From assembly GCA_043228905.1 (NCBI GenBank), contig JBHGNT010000009.1:1178001-1242000 (forward strand): a stretch of DNA of 64,000 nucleotides, given 5' to 3'. Source of the DNA: Azolla caroliniana (taxonomy: Eukaryota > Plantae > Polypodiophyta). The first letter of the stretch is position 1; each line of letters begins with the position of its first letter. The position numbers and the translations under genes were made by a program. Below the pieces are notes generated by a model. It made no database searches. It had not been told where the DNA came from and saw nothing but the letters and a program-made list of their open reading frames with translations. Below are positions 13,300-24,206 of the stretch, piece after piece.

Positions 13300-15740
13300 G
13301 ACATGGGGTGTATATCCTGCACACATGTTTCGGATGTCAACACGAAAATGTTGGAGGCTAATAGCAGGAAATGTATCTTTCTATGATATAGTGACACATT
13401 GAAGGCCCATTGACTATATAAGCAGGAGTAAATTTATAAAGATATTGAAAATTTGTGATGTGGTGTTTGATTAGGAGTGAGTACACCTCATTGAGAGCAT
13501 GGGTTCTCAAGTTATCTCATCAATCCAAGAAGTATCCAACCTAGTGTCAATGCATTGTCAAATAAAAGAAGTTGAATCAACTGATGGTGTTGACTCATCA
13601 GTTCAGCATTTTGTAGTAATACTAACAAAGAAACTATCTAGCTAGGTTCAACAACTCTTTGATGATCATAATCCTCAAGTCGAGTTTCTTGAAACTCTAG
13701 ACAAAGGATTGTGAAGATCGAGAGAATATAAGAGTAATTGAGAACCTCTCACCACATCGTCAATAGGGTTTTGATGGTTGACATCATAGGTTCTTTGAGT
13801 TACCTACTTCAATGGAGGAAGCAATGTCTAATCCGAAGTGGAAAGAGGCAATGTTATCAAAATACGACATCATGAAGTGTGCCATGTGGGAGTTGGTAGA
13901 GAGACGAACAAAGAAAAAGTTGATAGGCACCAAGTGGGTGTCGAAAACAACAAATAAAGTCCATGGCTAAGATACATTCAAGGCTAGAATAGTAGCACAA
14001 GGCTAGTCTCAAATTTAAGGGTTCAATGTACAAGAAACCTTTGTGCCGACATCTCGTAACACGATGTTGTGGGGAGTTCCAAATGCGTGTGAACGGGGAT
14101 GTGTGCGGATGCACACGATCTTATCTTTATGTAGAAACAATTGTAAATAGCATAAGTACTAGGTAGAGTAGTTAATGAGTACTTTATGTCCCACACGAAT
14201 AATAGGATATGAGGAGAGAGAGAATCGAGGAAGAACCGATGACAGAAACAACTGTCATTATCCGCGATGTAACAACCTCCCCTTGTGCTATAAAAGGGGA
14301 GGTTTTGAACTGTTGAGGCATCCACATTTTGGGGGAGAACGAAGTGCTGCCGGTTTGAGATCCGAGCTCTGTCGTTGCCTCCGTTTCTGTTCTGTGCTAT
14401 TTTCAGGAAGAAGGTGGAGCCCTCTCCTCACGTAGGAGCCCTCTCCCAATCAGAGGCCCATGTTCTGCGCGTGTCGAGCTGTAAACTTTTTTGGCAGTCA
14501 CGTTCGGCAGTAACCTTTACATTTTTCTCTGTTAATCAATAGAGTTTGTTGAGTCTCTTTGTGTGTGTTTAGGCGTAGCCATGTTCTTACAATTGTTCTC
14601 CTTGTGCTGAGTGTGTGTATCTGAGGGCGTGAGCTCATTGCTGCTATCTGGTAACCGGTTTGGAACAATATGCGTCTCTGAGTCTGCGTGCTCACATTCC
14701 GGCATCCGGGAGTTGATCCGGTTCGGATACGTGTCCGGAATCCGATCCAGTGAGGTTGTCCGGAGGCCAATCCGGAAGCCGACCCGGACATCGTTCCTCT
14801 CTCGCCAACTCGTTGGTCCGAGACCCCGGTGGTTCTGCCCCGTTTCAACACAAACTCGCAGATATCCGCAACAAAGATAATTCAAATGGTCATAGATTTG
14901 GTCGCTTCAAGAGGAGAATCTATTAACCAAATGGATGTAATATCAACATTTTTGAATGGTCATATCAAGGAGGAGGTATATGTGATGCAACCACTAGGGT
15001 TTGAATATGCAAGTTGAAGACGACATTATACGGTCTAAAACAAGCACTGGGAGCTTGGAACAAGAGGATTACAAGATCGACTTCAAGCAATGTGCTTCTG
15101 AATCACATTTTCCCAAAGCGATGAATGTGCTTCATACCTTGAAGTGGTGCACTTCCAAGGGACACTACCTAACTCATCTTCCTCTAGGTTGGTTAACAGA
15201 TGGATTGAGGGATGTCACTCCCCAATGGCAAAGACCATGCCATACAATCAACACATGTAAAAGCACTTATCTCTCTACTCCATGCAACTACAGAAGCCTT
15301 GAAGGCTTCTTAAGTTAATATAAATGGTTGTAATTTGATTGCTTCAAGAGGATAATCTATTTACTAAATGGATGTCAAACTTTCATTTCTAAATGGTCAT
15401 CTCAAGGAGGTATATGTGATGCAACCACTAGGGTTTGAATCTACAAGCTGAAGAATGCGTTGTATGGTCTAAAACCATCACCAAGAACTTGGAACAAGAG
15501 GATTACAGTTGATTGACCATAACCAATGTGCTTCTAAATTGCATTTTCCCCAAGCCTAGGTATTAATACAATTCATACCTTGGAATGTTGCACTTCCATG
15601 CTCCATCTTCCTCTTAGTAGGCTAACCGAGGGATTGGGGGACGACACTCCCCAATGACAAAGACCGTGACATATAATCAACACATAAAAGCACTTATCTC
15701 TCCACTTCATGCAAACGTGGAAGCCTCGGAGGCTTCTTAA
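13300..15740 (+). pseudogene. Degraded Copia pol (integrase end and RT), with a duplication of about 430 bp
   Basis: Motifs KCIFL, PTSMEEAMSNPKWKEAM, IGTKWV, KARIVAQG and QMDV..FLNG..EEVYVMQP. The segment ~14900-15320 is repeated at ~15335-15740. Confidence 0.75.
14065..14873 (+). mobile_element. W-family solo LTR
   Basis: TGTTG...CAACA termini, 4-bp TSD ACGA/AAGA. It interrupts the Copia RT motif FVPTSRNT|IIQ. Confidence 0.85.
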
Positions 15741-15766
15741 AGTAATAAAAAGACACACCTAATCAC

Positions 15767-15901
15767 TGTTGGCATAAAAGGCCGACTCCTTCCAATTTGT
15801 ATCTTAGTGTGAACACGTCCAAATAGTTAGGGCTCAGTATATAAGCAATAATCTAATGTTGTAATATCACTCTTCTTGATCATTCTTGTACTGCGAGCCT
15901 C

Positions 15902-15964
<63 letters not shown>

Positions 15965-16114
15965 AGAAATAACAAAGCTTCCACTAAAGCTTAAGAACAT
16001 GTCCATCTTCTTGTCTTCATTCTTTCTATGTTGTTTGTTGAGTACTTCTCGACAAGTCCTTATACATACTTTTGCACATATTTGAACACCATGTTGCACA
16101 AGTGGTATTAGAGT
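15767..16114 (+). mobile_element. Candidate LTR followed by a tRNA-iMet-type PBS
   Basis: TGTTGG start, TATATAA near 15838, (GA)n tract, ...GCACA end at 16100, then AG-TGGTATTAGAG. The left boundary is uncertain. Confidence 0.4.
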
Positions 16115-16183
16115 GACTTGCTGTTCGGCGGCAACAAACAACAGAAAAAAAGGCCGAAAGACAAAAGAACATGGCCTCAACAT

Positions 16184-16450
16184 CATTGGAACCCACATCA
16201 AGACCCTTTGACCCCCCACTTCTTTTCGAGAGGCTTGGGTGGAAATAAAATTAGGCTTAGTGTATAGTCACTTTCGAGTATACTACATATTGTACACTAC
16301 TAGAACTCTTTTAGTTTAAGTTCTATTTTTTACTTAATTTTATTTTAGTTATGATGACTGGATAAATACTCTTTTGTTGTAAACCAATTGTCTCATGGGC
16401 CAAATTTGGCCTTAGAAGACGTTAATATATCTTTCTTTCTTTCTTTCTTT
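16184..16450 (+). mobile_element. 3' fragment of the same LINE family as 16528-21880
   Basis: Near-identical to 21602-21880, including the (TTTC)n tail, which runs into the (TC)n tract of LTR A. Confidence 0.9.
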
Positions 16451-16601
16451 TCTCTCTCTCTCTCTCTCTCTCCGTGCTTGCATCTCTCTCTCTCTTGCTC
16501 CTCGGTTCAAGGCCCCCATGGTCCCGCAGTTTTGGAATCACTTCTAATTTTGGGCGCTTGCTCTTCCTCGTTTTAACAACACACACACACACACACACAC
16601 A

Positions 16602-16649
<48 letters not shown>

Positions 16650-17115
16650 CGCCTAATGGCTCTCTCTGTCGCTGTCGTTGCCGTCGCCGTCACCGTCGCC
16701 GTCGTCTGCAGCCGTTGTCTGCAGCCGCTGCAACCGTCGCCGTCTGCTCTCTCTCTCTCGCTCGCTTCCTCGTCTCTCTCTGTCGCCGTCGCCGTCGCTG
16801 CCGTTATCTGCGGCCGTCGCCGTCTGCCACCGTGCAGTCGTCCACCGTCTTCTGCCGTCTGCTGCCGCCGTCAGCCGTCAGCTGCCGTCGTCTACCGTCG
16901 TTGGACGACTGCCACCGTCACCGTCGCCGTCACGGGGTGTTTTCTTCTCCGTTCTTGATGTGGTGAAGTACCTTTTTCTCGACGAGTTCGTGGGTGGGTT
17001 CTTTTGGTGTGCTCGTCCCGTGCTACAAAATGCCGATGTGATTGCGACACACACACAAACTCGGTTAAGTCTCGAACCCATTTATTTTACCTTTTTTTTT
17101 CTTATTGCCACCACA

Positions 17116-17928
17116 ATGACGTCTAGACGGACTAAGGAACTTAAGGATATACAAGACGAGGCTATAAGTAAGGAGGACTTTTTAGATATGTTTAATCGTT
17201 TAACAAAAATAGAGATGGATATGAAAAAATGGGTGAAAGACACCGAAACCTACAAGAAAAAAGATAGAGAGGAAAAAGACGCCCTCAAGGCCGAAATAGA
17301 ACAACTTAAAGTAGAAAACATCGACCTTAAAAAACAACTTAAGGACATCGAGGTATCTCGAGAAGACGGTGAAATATCCTCTATAGAGGATATAAAGGAC
17401 GAAATTAAAAAAGTTAAAGAGGAAGTTAATAATAACATAGAGTTAGCTAAAACAGGTTGGGTAGATGTGGTTAAAAGAAACATTAAAAAAGAAATAAAAG
17501 ATGAAAATATTGTTAACACCACCCTTGAAGAAGAGAAAATGCGTCAGGCCCGACGCTTAAATGTACGTGTCACTGGGCTCAAGGAAGGTGCATCCCCAAA
17601 TGAGGACGCACAAACACTTGGGAAAATGTTAGGGTACACAGAGGCCCTACCTATCACCAAAGCATGGAGGGCCGGGCGTGACACAACTAGGAAGAGAGCC
17701 TTAGTCCTTCAATTTAAAGACTTAGACTCTAGAATCACTTTCTTTAAGAAGAGACCAATCCTTCGAGGAATGGATGGGGACCCCATCTATCTCGATGAAG
17801 ACCTCACTAAGATGCAAATTGAGCATCGCAAGAGTTGTATGCCACGAGTTATGCAAGCTCGTAAAGAAGGCCATCGCGCCTTTTACCGAGACGGGCGAGT
17901 GATCATAAATGATCGCACTACTAACTGA
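17116..17928 (+). CDS. LINE ORF1 protein (coiled coil plus RRM-like region)
   Basis: ATG at 17116 (MTSRRTKELK), K/E-rich heptads, and RRLNVRVTGLKE and IYLDEDLT motifs typical of LINE ORF1. Confidence 0.85.
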   Translation: MTSRRTKELKDIQDEAISKEDFLDMFNRLTKIEMDMKKWVKDTETYKKKDREEKDALKAEIEQLKVENIDLKKQLKDIEVSREDGEISSIEDIKDEIKKVKEEVNNNIELAKTGWVDVVKRNIKKEIKDENIVNTTLEEEKMRQARRLNVRVTGLKEGASPNEDAQTLGKMLGYTEALPITKAWRAGRDTTRKRALVLQFKDLDSRITFFKKRPILRGMDGDPIYLDEDLTKMQIEHRKSCMPRVMQARKEGHRAFYRDGRVIINDRTTN

Positions 17929-20900
17929 CGGCGTGTGGCCCATGTGACAGAAAATGCACTTAGGATGACCCTATGGAATTGTAATGGCGCACTCTGGGCA
18001 CACCCCGGCCGCCTAGAGGAGATACTAAAGGTATCTGATATACTTTTCTTGGTAGAAACACATCAGAGCCCAAATAGAGGACTCCCACGGGTCGAAGGAT
18101 TCCGTTGGGAGTCCGCTTTTAGACAAACCTCACGTCGACACACTACTAGGGGATCTGGAGGTGTCGCGATACTATTTCGTAGAGAGCTACATAATAGGAT
18201 AGAAATAATGAAGATAGACCTAGAAGCTCGTTTTATGTGGGTGAAAGTCTCCACAAGCAAAGACCATGCAGTATTTTTCGCCATTTGTTACTTTCCCCCA
18301 AAAGGATCCCGTTATAATACTAGTGGCTTGACGAGATTAGTCGATGAAGGAATGCCACATGGGCCTTCTCCATACGAACCCCTATCGGATGACATAATCC
18401 GATATTCTTCCCAAGGAGAAGTATTTCTTGTAGGAGACTTCAATGCGAGAACCCAATCCCGACAATGCACAGTATTTCAGATGAATAGAAACCTAGAAAT
18501 GGTAAATGTTGATCCTTTAGACATAGGCACCACACGTAGATCAAAGGATCAAGGTGCGGACGCCACGGGCTTTGGCCATCATCTGCTCGAACTTGGCAGT
18601 CGGCACCAGATGGTCATATATAATGGTTTAGCTAAGTGGCCGGGCTCGGAAGAGCTCACATGTTTCCCACATGGAGGAGGGAAAAGCACAGTTGACTATT
18701 TAATAGGGCGCCCGGCAGCTACCCACTTGATTAACTCCTTCCGAGTGGCCCCATGCCCTATTGGCGCAGACCATAGCTTCTTATACTTCGAGCTAAAATG
18801 TGATATCTCTAAGGTCACCAAGTCTAGTCAACCATGCCATCACACCACAATACATTTCACACATGAGATCTCTGACATATACTCTCAACATGTTCAGGCC
18901 CATCTCCCCTCCATTGATCCCTCTCTACCGTTAGAAAGCCTTAGTACAAAACTCACACACATCCTTCACTCCGCAGCAGCTAGCAGTTTCCCATATACAA
19001 AACACTCAAATCAAGGTAGATCATGATCAATGCCACAAAATAAATGGTATGACGAGGATTGTAGGGACCTACATAGACAACTTACAGTATCGCAACTCAA
19101 TGGTAGTATTACCTCCACACAAGCTCGCAAAGAAATGCGTAAGATGACACGTCGTAAGAGACGAGCGTGGGAGGCATCCCAATACTGGGAACTCTACCAT
19201 ATGCTCATGAGTAGCGATTGCGCCACGGCATGGAAGAGACTACGGGAGCCAAGACCACAAACACCCATCGAAGATCCCGAAACTTGGCACACATATACAG
19301 AGAGACTTTACCAAATCCCAAACCAACCACCTTTTCCAATGCCTTCCACACCCCGGCCTACCACGGGGACACTTTTCACGACCTCTAGGGTCATGAAGTT
19401 CATAAAGAAATTACAACATAGGAAGTCCATGGACCACACAGGATTGCGAGCAGAACACATTATATATGCGAGAGAGTGCCTAGCTCCCTTGCTAACTCTA
19501 ATCTTCAATCGTGCCCTTGCGGAGGGTTTTCCACCACAGTGGACTATGAATACAGTGACCCCCATACATAAAGGGGGGGACCCCATGGACCCAAATACAT
19601 ATAGGACCATTATGATAGGTCATACCCTTGCTAAGTTATATGGTGCAGTAATGGAAGCAGAGCTTAGCGACTACATGGAGACCCTAAACCTTCGTGCACC
19701 TGAACAAGCTGGCTTTAGACGAGCCTTCTCCACTATTGATCACATCTTCACACTTAGATGCCTAATTGACCAAACTAGGGCTCGCAAGAAGAGATTATAT
19801 TGTTGTTTTGTGGACTTCCGCAAAGCCTTTGACACAGTCCCTAGAGATCGGTTGTCTGATAGACTTAAAAGCTTGAGGATACCAGATGATATGGTATGGG
19901 CCATCTACGCACTATATGAACAAGTGTCCGGGTGTGTCCGATGCCCAGGTGGCCTATCCAATCGTTTCACTAGCACTATTGGTGTAAAACAAGGTTGCCC
20001 CCTATCACCGACGCTTTTTGGGATCTACATTGATGAGATCACAGATTTTATTGCTCGTGAGGGAGGCATTGGAGTGGTCCTTGGGGATACACAGGTTCGT
20101 ATCTTGCTCTATGCGGATGACATAGTTTTGCTCTCTGAATCCGAACACGACCTACAGAGGCACCTCAATGCCTTAGATGACTTTTGTGTACAACGAGGAT
20201 TGGTAGTGAATCTAGGGAAAACGAAAGTCCTTATCTTCCACACATCGGCCCAAGTTAGAGCTAAGTGTCACCTAACTATCTCCCATAGCCCAGTCGAGGT
20301 GGTTGGATCGTACGTATATCTCGGAGTCACTTTTAATGCCCGCTCAGGTAAATTTTCGATGACACAGGCAGCGAAGGATAGACTCATGAGAGGACATGCA
20401 TCCCTCTCACTCCTAGAGAGACAATGCCACCAAGCACACTTTCAAGAGCCACGGACTAAAGGGTGGCTCTTTGACTCATTAGTGACCCCCTCCCTCATGT
20501 ATGCATCAGCGGTTTGGGCTCCAGGATTACCATCCTTCATGTGGACGCAATTAGAGAGACCATTGGTGATGATGCTATCACGCCAACTCCGAAGCAAATC
20601 GACTGTACCACATGACATTATTAGGGCTGAGTTCACGTTACCCCCAATGCTAGTAGAGGCACTTTTTTAACTTGTAGTCTTTATTGATAGGATACATAGC
20701 CAACCACATGATAGAATATCTCATCAAGCCTTTAAGGCCTCTCGATCATTGTATGAGTCCGGCTATACTAGCTCATGGTATGGCATGATGGTGACTTGGC
20801 TTCTTGCGAATGGTCTAGACATTAATAACCTACCTCCCCTTAGGTACAACCACACGAGTGATAACACCTTAATCTCTCATGAGAACCGCAATAAAGTAAT

Positions 20901-21666
20901 ACGCCAAGAAATATGGCAAATTTACACTCGGTGTAAATGGATCACCCCACTAGAGCCACTCCCATCTAAAATGTCGTACTATAAGAAACACTTCATGCAC
21001 TTCTCTGAGTTAGGTTTTATCACACGGCCAAAATATCTAGATGTATTCTTACCACATGCACTAAGGGTTGCCATTGGACAACTTAGAATATCGTCTCACC
21101 AACTTGAGATTGAAAATGGCCGTACTAGTGGAGTCCCTAGGGAGGAAAGGATATGTAGGTTATGTCACATAGAGATAGAGGATGAGTACCACTTTACATG
21201 CAAGTGTCCAACCTATGCCGAGATAAGGGCAAAATACCAAGACATACTTGGTCCGTCTCCCACCCTCCCCAAACTATTAGATACTCTAGATATAAAGAAA
21301 TTAGGCAAATACATTCTAGAGCTAAAACAACACAGAGAGAATAAATTACAAAATGTTGACAATAATGTTGCTAATGATCACGAACATGTAACAAATGCAG
21401 TTTTTCAGGAACCTGAGGAGACAACGAATGTTGACACACTTGCACCACTCGACCTTTCCATTGATGAGGCAGAAAACCAGAGAAGAACCAGACGTCCTCG
21501 GGTGCCGGGTTTCAAAACAACTCAACGTGATGTGGAAGCAATATTGAAAATAAGGGAACGTGAGCTACACCGCCTAGAAGCCATGGCTAGGGCACTCTCT
21601 ACATTGGAACCCACATCAAGACCCTTTGACCCCCCACTTCTTTTCAAGAGGCTTGGGTGGAAATAA
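17929..21666 (+). pseudogene. LINE ORF2 (APE endonuclease, RT, C-terminal zinc motif); one frame with two internal stops
   Basis: WNCNG, ETH, GDFNAR, DY and DH (APE); QAGFR, DFRKAFD, KQGCPLSP and YADD (RT); RICRLC...EDEYHFTCKC. Stops at 19024 and 20668. Confidence 0.92.
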
Positions 21667-21912
21667 AATTAGGCTTAGTGTATAGTCACTTTCGAGTATA
21701 CTACATATTGTACACTACTAGAACTCTTTTAGTTTAAGTTCTATTTTTTTTACTTAATTTTATTTTTAGTTATGATGACTGGATAAATACTCTATTGTTG
21801 TAAACCAATTGTCTCATGGGCCAAATTTGGCCTTAGAAGACGTTAATACATCTTTCTTTCTTTTCTTTCTTTCTTTCTTTCTCCACGCATGCGTGTAACA
21901 ACGCGACATATT

Positions 21913-21930
21913 TGGTGAACCCGACGTGAA
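21913..21930 (+). promoter_or_regulatory. Primer-binding site complementary to tRNA-Trp
   Basis: TGGTGAACCCGACGTGAA, identical at 27144, 32207 and 34500. It complements the plant cytosolic tRNA-Trp 3' end (...TTCACGTCGGGTTCACCA) as I recall it. Confidence 0.85.
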
Positions 21931-22558
21931 AGGGCGGCAAAGGAGTCGAAAGATGAGGGGATCGGAGCTAGTAGAGGCAATGGCGGTGGCCGTCGACCGA
22001 CTGGTAAGCGCTCGTGAGGGGACGGGTACCCTCGACAGAGCCATTGAATCGATCGTCGGCTCTATAGGCCGGTTCGGAGGGAAAGACGCCACAAGTTATT
22101 TGGAGGCTTGCCGGGCCGAAATGATCATGAGGGATAATCCCGGTGGACAGGCGGCTGTCCGGATTCCCTCGGGTGGTGACGCCGAGCATCCACGCGGAAG
22201 TGCTCGAGGTGCTGGCCGGATGTCAAACTTGGGAGGATTTCGAGCTGTAGCTCCTCGAGAAGTACGGGTTTGACGGCTCGCTTCGGTTGTCGAGGCGGGA
22301 CTTCATGGCATGGGTGGAAAGCCCCGGAAAGGGGAGGAACACGTCGGCGCTCCTCCAAGAGTTCGAAAAACGGTTTGCGCGGCTGTCGAAGCTGGACCGG
22401 ACCGTGCTCGAAACGAGTCGAGTACTACTGTTTGTCAAGTCAGTGGACGCGCTCGACAGGGAAAAGGTGGGTCCCCTATTGGAGACGGACGAAGGGCTCA
22501 CGACATACTGGGCCGTGGTAAAACGGGTCTACAGCAGCCGTTTGTCATGATATGGCAA

Positions 22559-22612
22559 GACTCGAACCCATGACCTTAGGTTATATGGGTCGAGCTCTTG
22601 ACCATTAGATCA
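22559..22612 (-). promoter_or_regulatory. tRNA-like Pol III A box and B box, antisense in U3
   Basis: Minus strand reads TGATCTAATGG ... GGTTCGAGTC with the canonical 45-nt T8-G53 spacing. The cloverleaf is not preserved. Confidence 0.6.
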
Positions 22613-22688
22613 TCTATTGTAATACGTAGGATATTATTTTCATTTATATTTTATTATAGGAAATTAGTGTATATTCCAGATTTCTCTA

Positions 22689-22706
22689 GAACATTCTAGA
22701 AGCTTC
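22689..22706. promoter_or_regulatory. Perfect 4-unit heat-shock element
   Basis: GAA-CA-TTC-TA-GAA-GC-TTC, about 20 bp upstream of TATAAAA (22727). Also present at 47471-47488. Confidence 0.7.
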
Positions 22707-22837
22707 AGGATTACTCCTGAAAACACTATAAAAGAGGGCACTAGGCATTATATTGAACCAAATTGGTTCAACGCCAGTCTTAAGGCTTTTAGCCACCATT
22801 GTATATTCTCTTCATATAATACATATCTTTCTTATCA

Positions 22838-22880
<43 letters not shown>

Positions 22881-23054
22881 CTCGCTCACTTCTTCCTTCT
22901 CTCGAAGAAGTTCCACACCTCTCATAGTACTAATCCTTCGTTTAGTACTATTCCTTCTCTGTCTCAGTACTGTTCCTGACAGTTTGAACCAATTTTCCTA
23001 CCTTTTGTCTCTCTCATTTCCTACTAATCTTTTATTCCTCTTTTCTTTCATCCC

Positions 23055-24206
23055 ATGGCCACTGTTAGCGCTGAAGAATATCAATCTGTTTTCTCGGAAT
23101 TTCAATGCTTGAAGGAGAAGTTCCATGCTTTGGAACAAGAAAACCAACGGTTGTTGGGGGATCTTCAGCAAATCTCCTTAGAAAAGCAGCAAACGCAACA
23201 ACAACATGAGGAACTTGCGTTACGCATGCAACAACTCGAAGCAACCATCGTAGCGATGCAACAACAAGGGCCCGGAACACAAGGGATTCATAAAGAACCC
23301 AAGATTAGCCTTCCCACGAAGTTCGATGGAACGCGATCGCAGTTTAGAGGGTTCCTTAACCAGGTACGATTAGTTATTCAAATGCATCCTTCCCGATATC
23401 CCACCGATGCATCACGAGTGGGTTTAGTAGGCACTTTGTTAAGTGGCTCAACGTTGTCATGGTTCGCTCCACTATTAGAAAAGGAATCTCCGTTACTCAA
23501 CAATTTTGAAGAGTTTCTAGGTGAGTTTAAAGCATGTTTCGGAGATACTGACAGCATCAGGATCGCAATCAACAAAATCCGGCGATTACGCCAAGGTGAC
23601 CGTCCAGCCTCCACATACGCTGCAGATTTTCGCCTACTTGCCGCCGATATCCCTTGGGATGACCAAGCGTTGATGGAGCAATTCCGTTATGGTTTACGGA
23701 ACGACGTTAAGGATTTACTCTTGACCTTCCCCGAAGAGCCAAAGTCCTTAACAGAAGCAATCAGTCGCGCGGTGAGATGTGACAACCGCCTCTTTGAGCG
23801 ACGTTTGGAACGACAACTACAGATGCCGAGGGCAAGATCAGAGCCCACCTACGCCTCAGTGGTAGCAAGACCTTTTCCGAGGGAGTCATATAATGCGCCT
23901 CCAGCGAATACTCCGACTCCGATGGAGATTGACACTGCACGTCGTCGAGGGCCATTATCCGAAGAAGAAAAGCAGCGACGCCGTACAAATCGAATATGTC
24001 TTTACTGCGGTGGACCAGGACATATCGCAATAAATTGCCCCCATAGGCTAAGAAGACAGGTAAACCAAATAGTCGCTAGTTGTAATTGTACTAAACCCGA
24101 GCCTATTTCAATAGGGATATCTGATAGTCCTAATAGTACTAATATCCTAGATCTAGCAAACAAATTTGATGTCCTTAGTCAGTTAGAAGAAGAGTTAAAT
24201 GACTAA
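23055..24206 (+). CDS. gag: Chromovirus Gag (383 aa)
   Basis: N-terminal coiled coil, PTKFDG, LRQG..ASTY..DF, PMEID and CLYCGGPGHIAINC zinc knuckle; the ORF is intact. Confidence 0.93.
   Translation: MATVSAEEYQSVFSEFQCLKEKFHALEQENQRLLGDLQQISLEKQQTQQQHEELALRMQQLEATIVAMQQQGPGTQGIHKEPKISLPTKFDGTRSQFRGFLNQVRLVIQMHPSRYPTDASRVGLVGTLLSGSTLSWFAPLLEKESPLLNNFEEFLGEFKACFGDTDSIRIAINKIRRLRQGDRPASTYAADFRLLAADIPWDDQALMEQFRYGLRNDVKDLLLTFPEEPKSLTEAISRAVRCDNRLFERRLERQLQMPRARSEPTYASVVARPFPRESYNAPPANTPTPMEIDTARRRGPLSEEEKQRRRTNRICLYCGGPGHIAINCPHRLRRQVNQIVASCNCTKPEPISIGISDSPNSTNILDLANKFDVLSQLEEELND

Larger units (their letters stand above)
16528..21880 (+). mobile_element. Full-length non-LTR retrotransposon (LINE), RTEX-like
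   Basis: Microsatellite-rich 5' UTR, ORF1, ORF2 (APE, RT, Cys/His motif) and (TTTC)n tail. It splits the 5' LTR of element A at GGTCCCGC|CTTTCTCCACGC; no TSD is visible. Confidence 0.92.

Noticed and set aside
16678-17115. N-terminal 146 aa of the 416-aa ORF
   Set aside because: Open only because the GCCGTC and CT microsatellites lack stops. The ATG at 17116 is the plausible start.
16184-21880. LTR or DIRS/Penelope-like element bounded by ~270-bp direct repeats
   Set aside because: The repeat is the LINE's own 3' end with its tail, lacks TG..CA termini, and is separated from the full copy by a piece of LTR A.
22544-22619. Functional tRNA gene on the minus strand
   Set aside because: The acceptor and T stems pair poorly and there is no clean anticodon arm. 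Only the A/B boxes are supportable.
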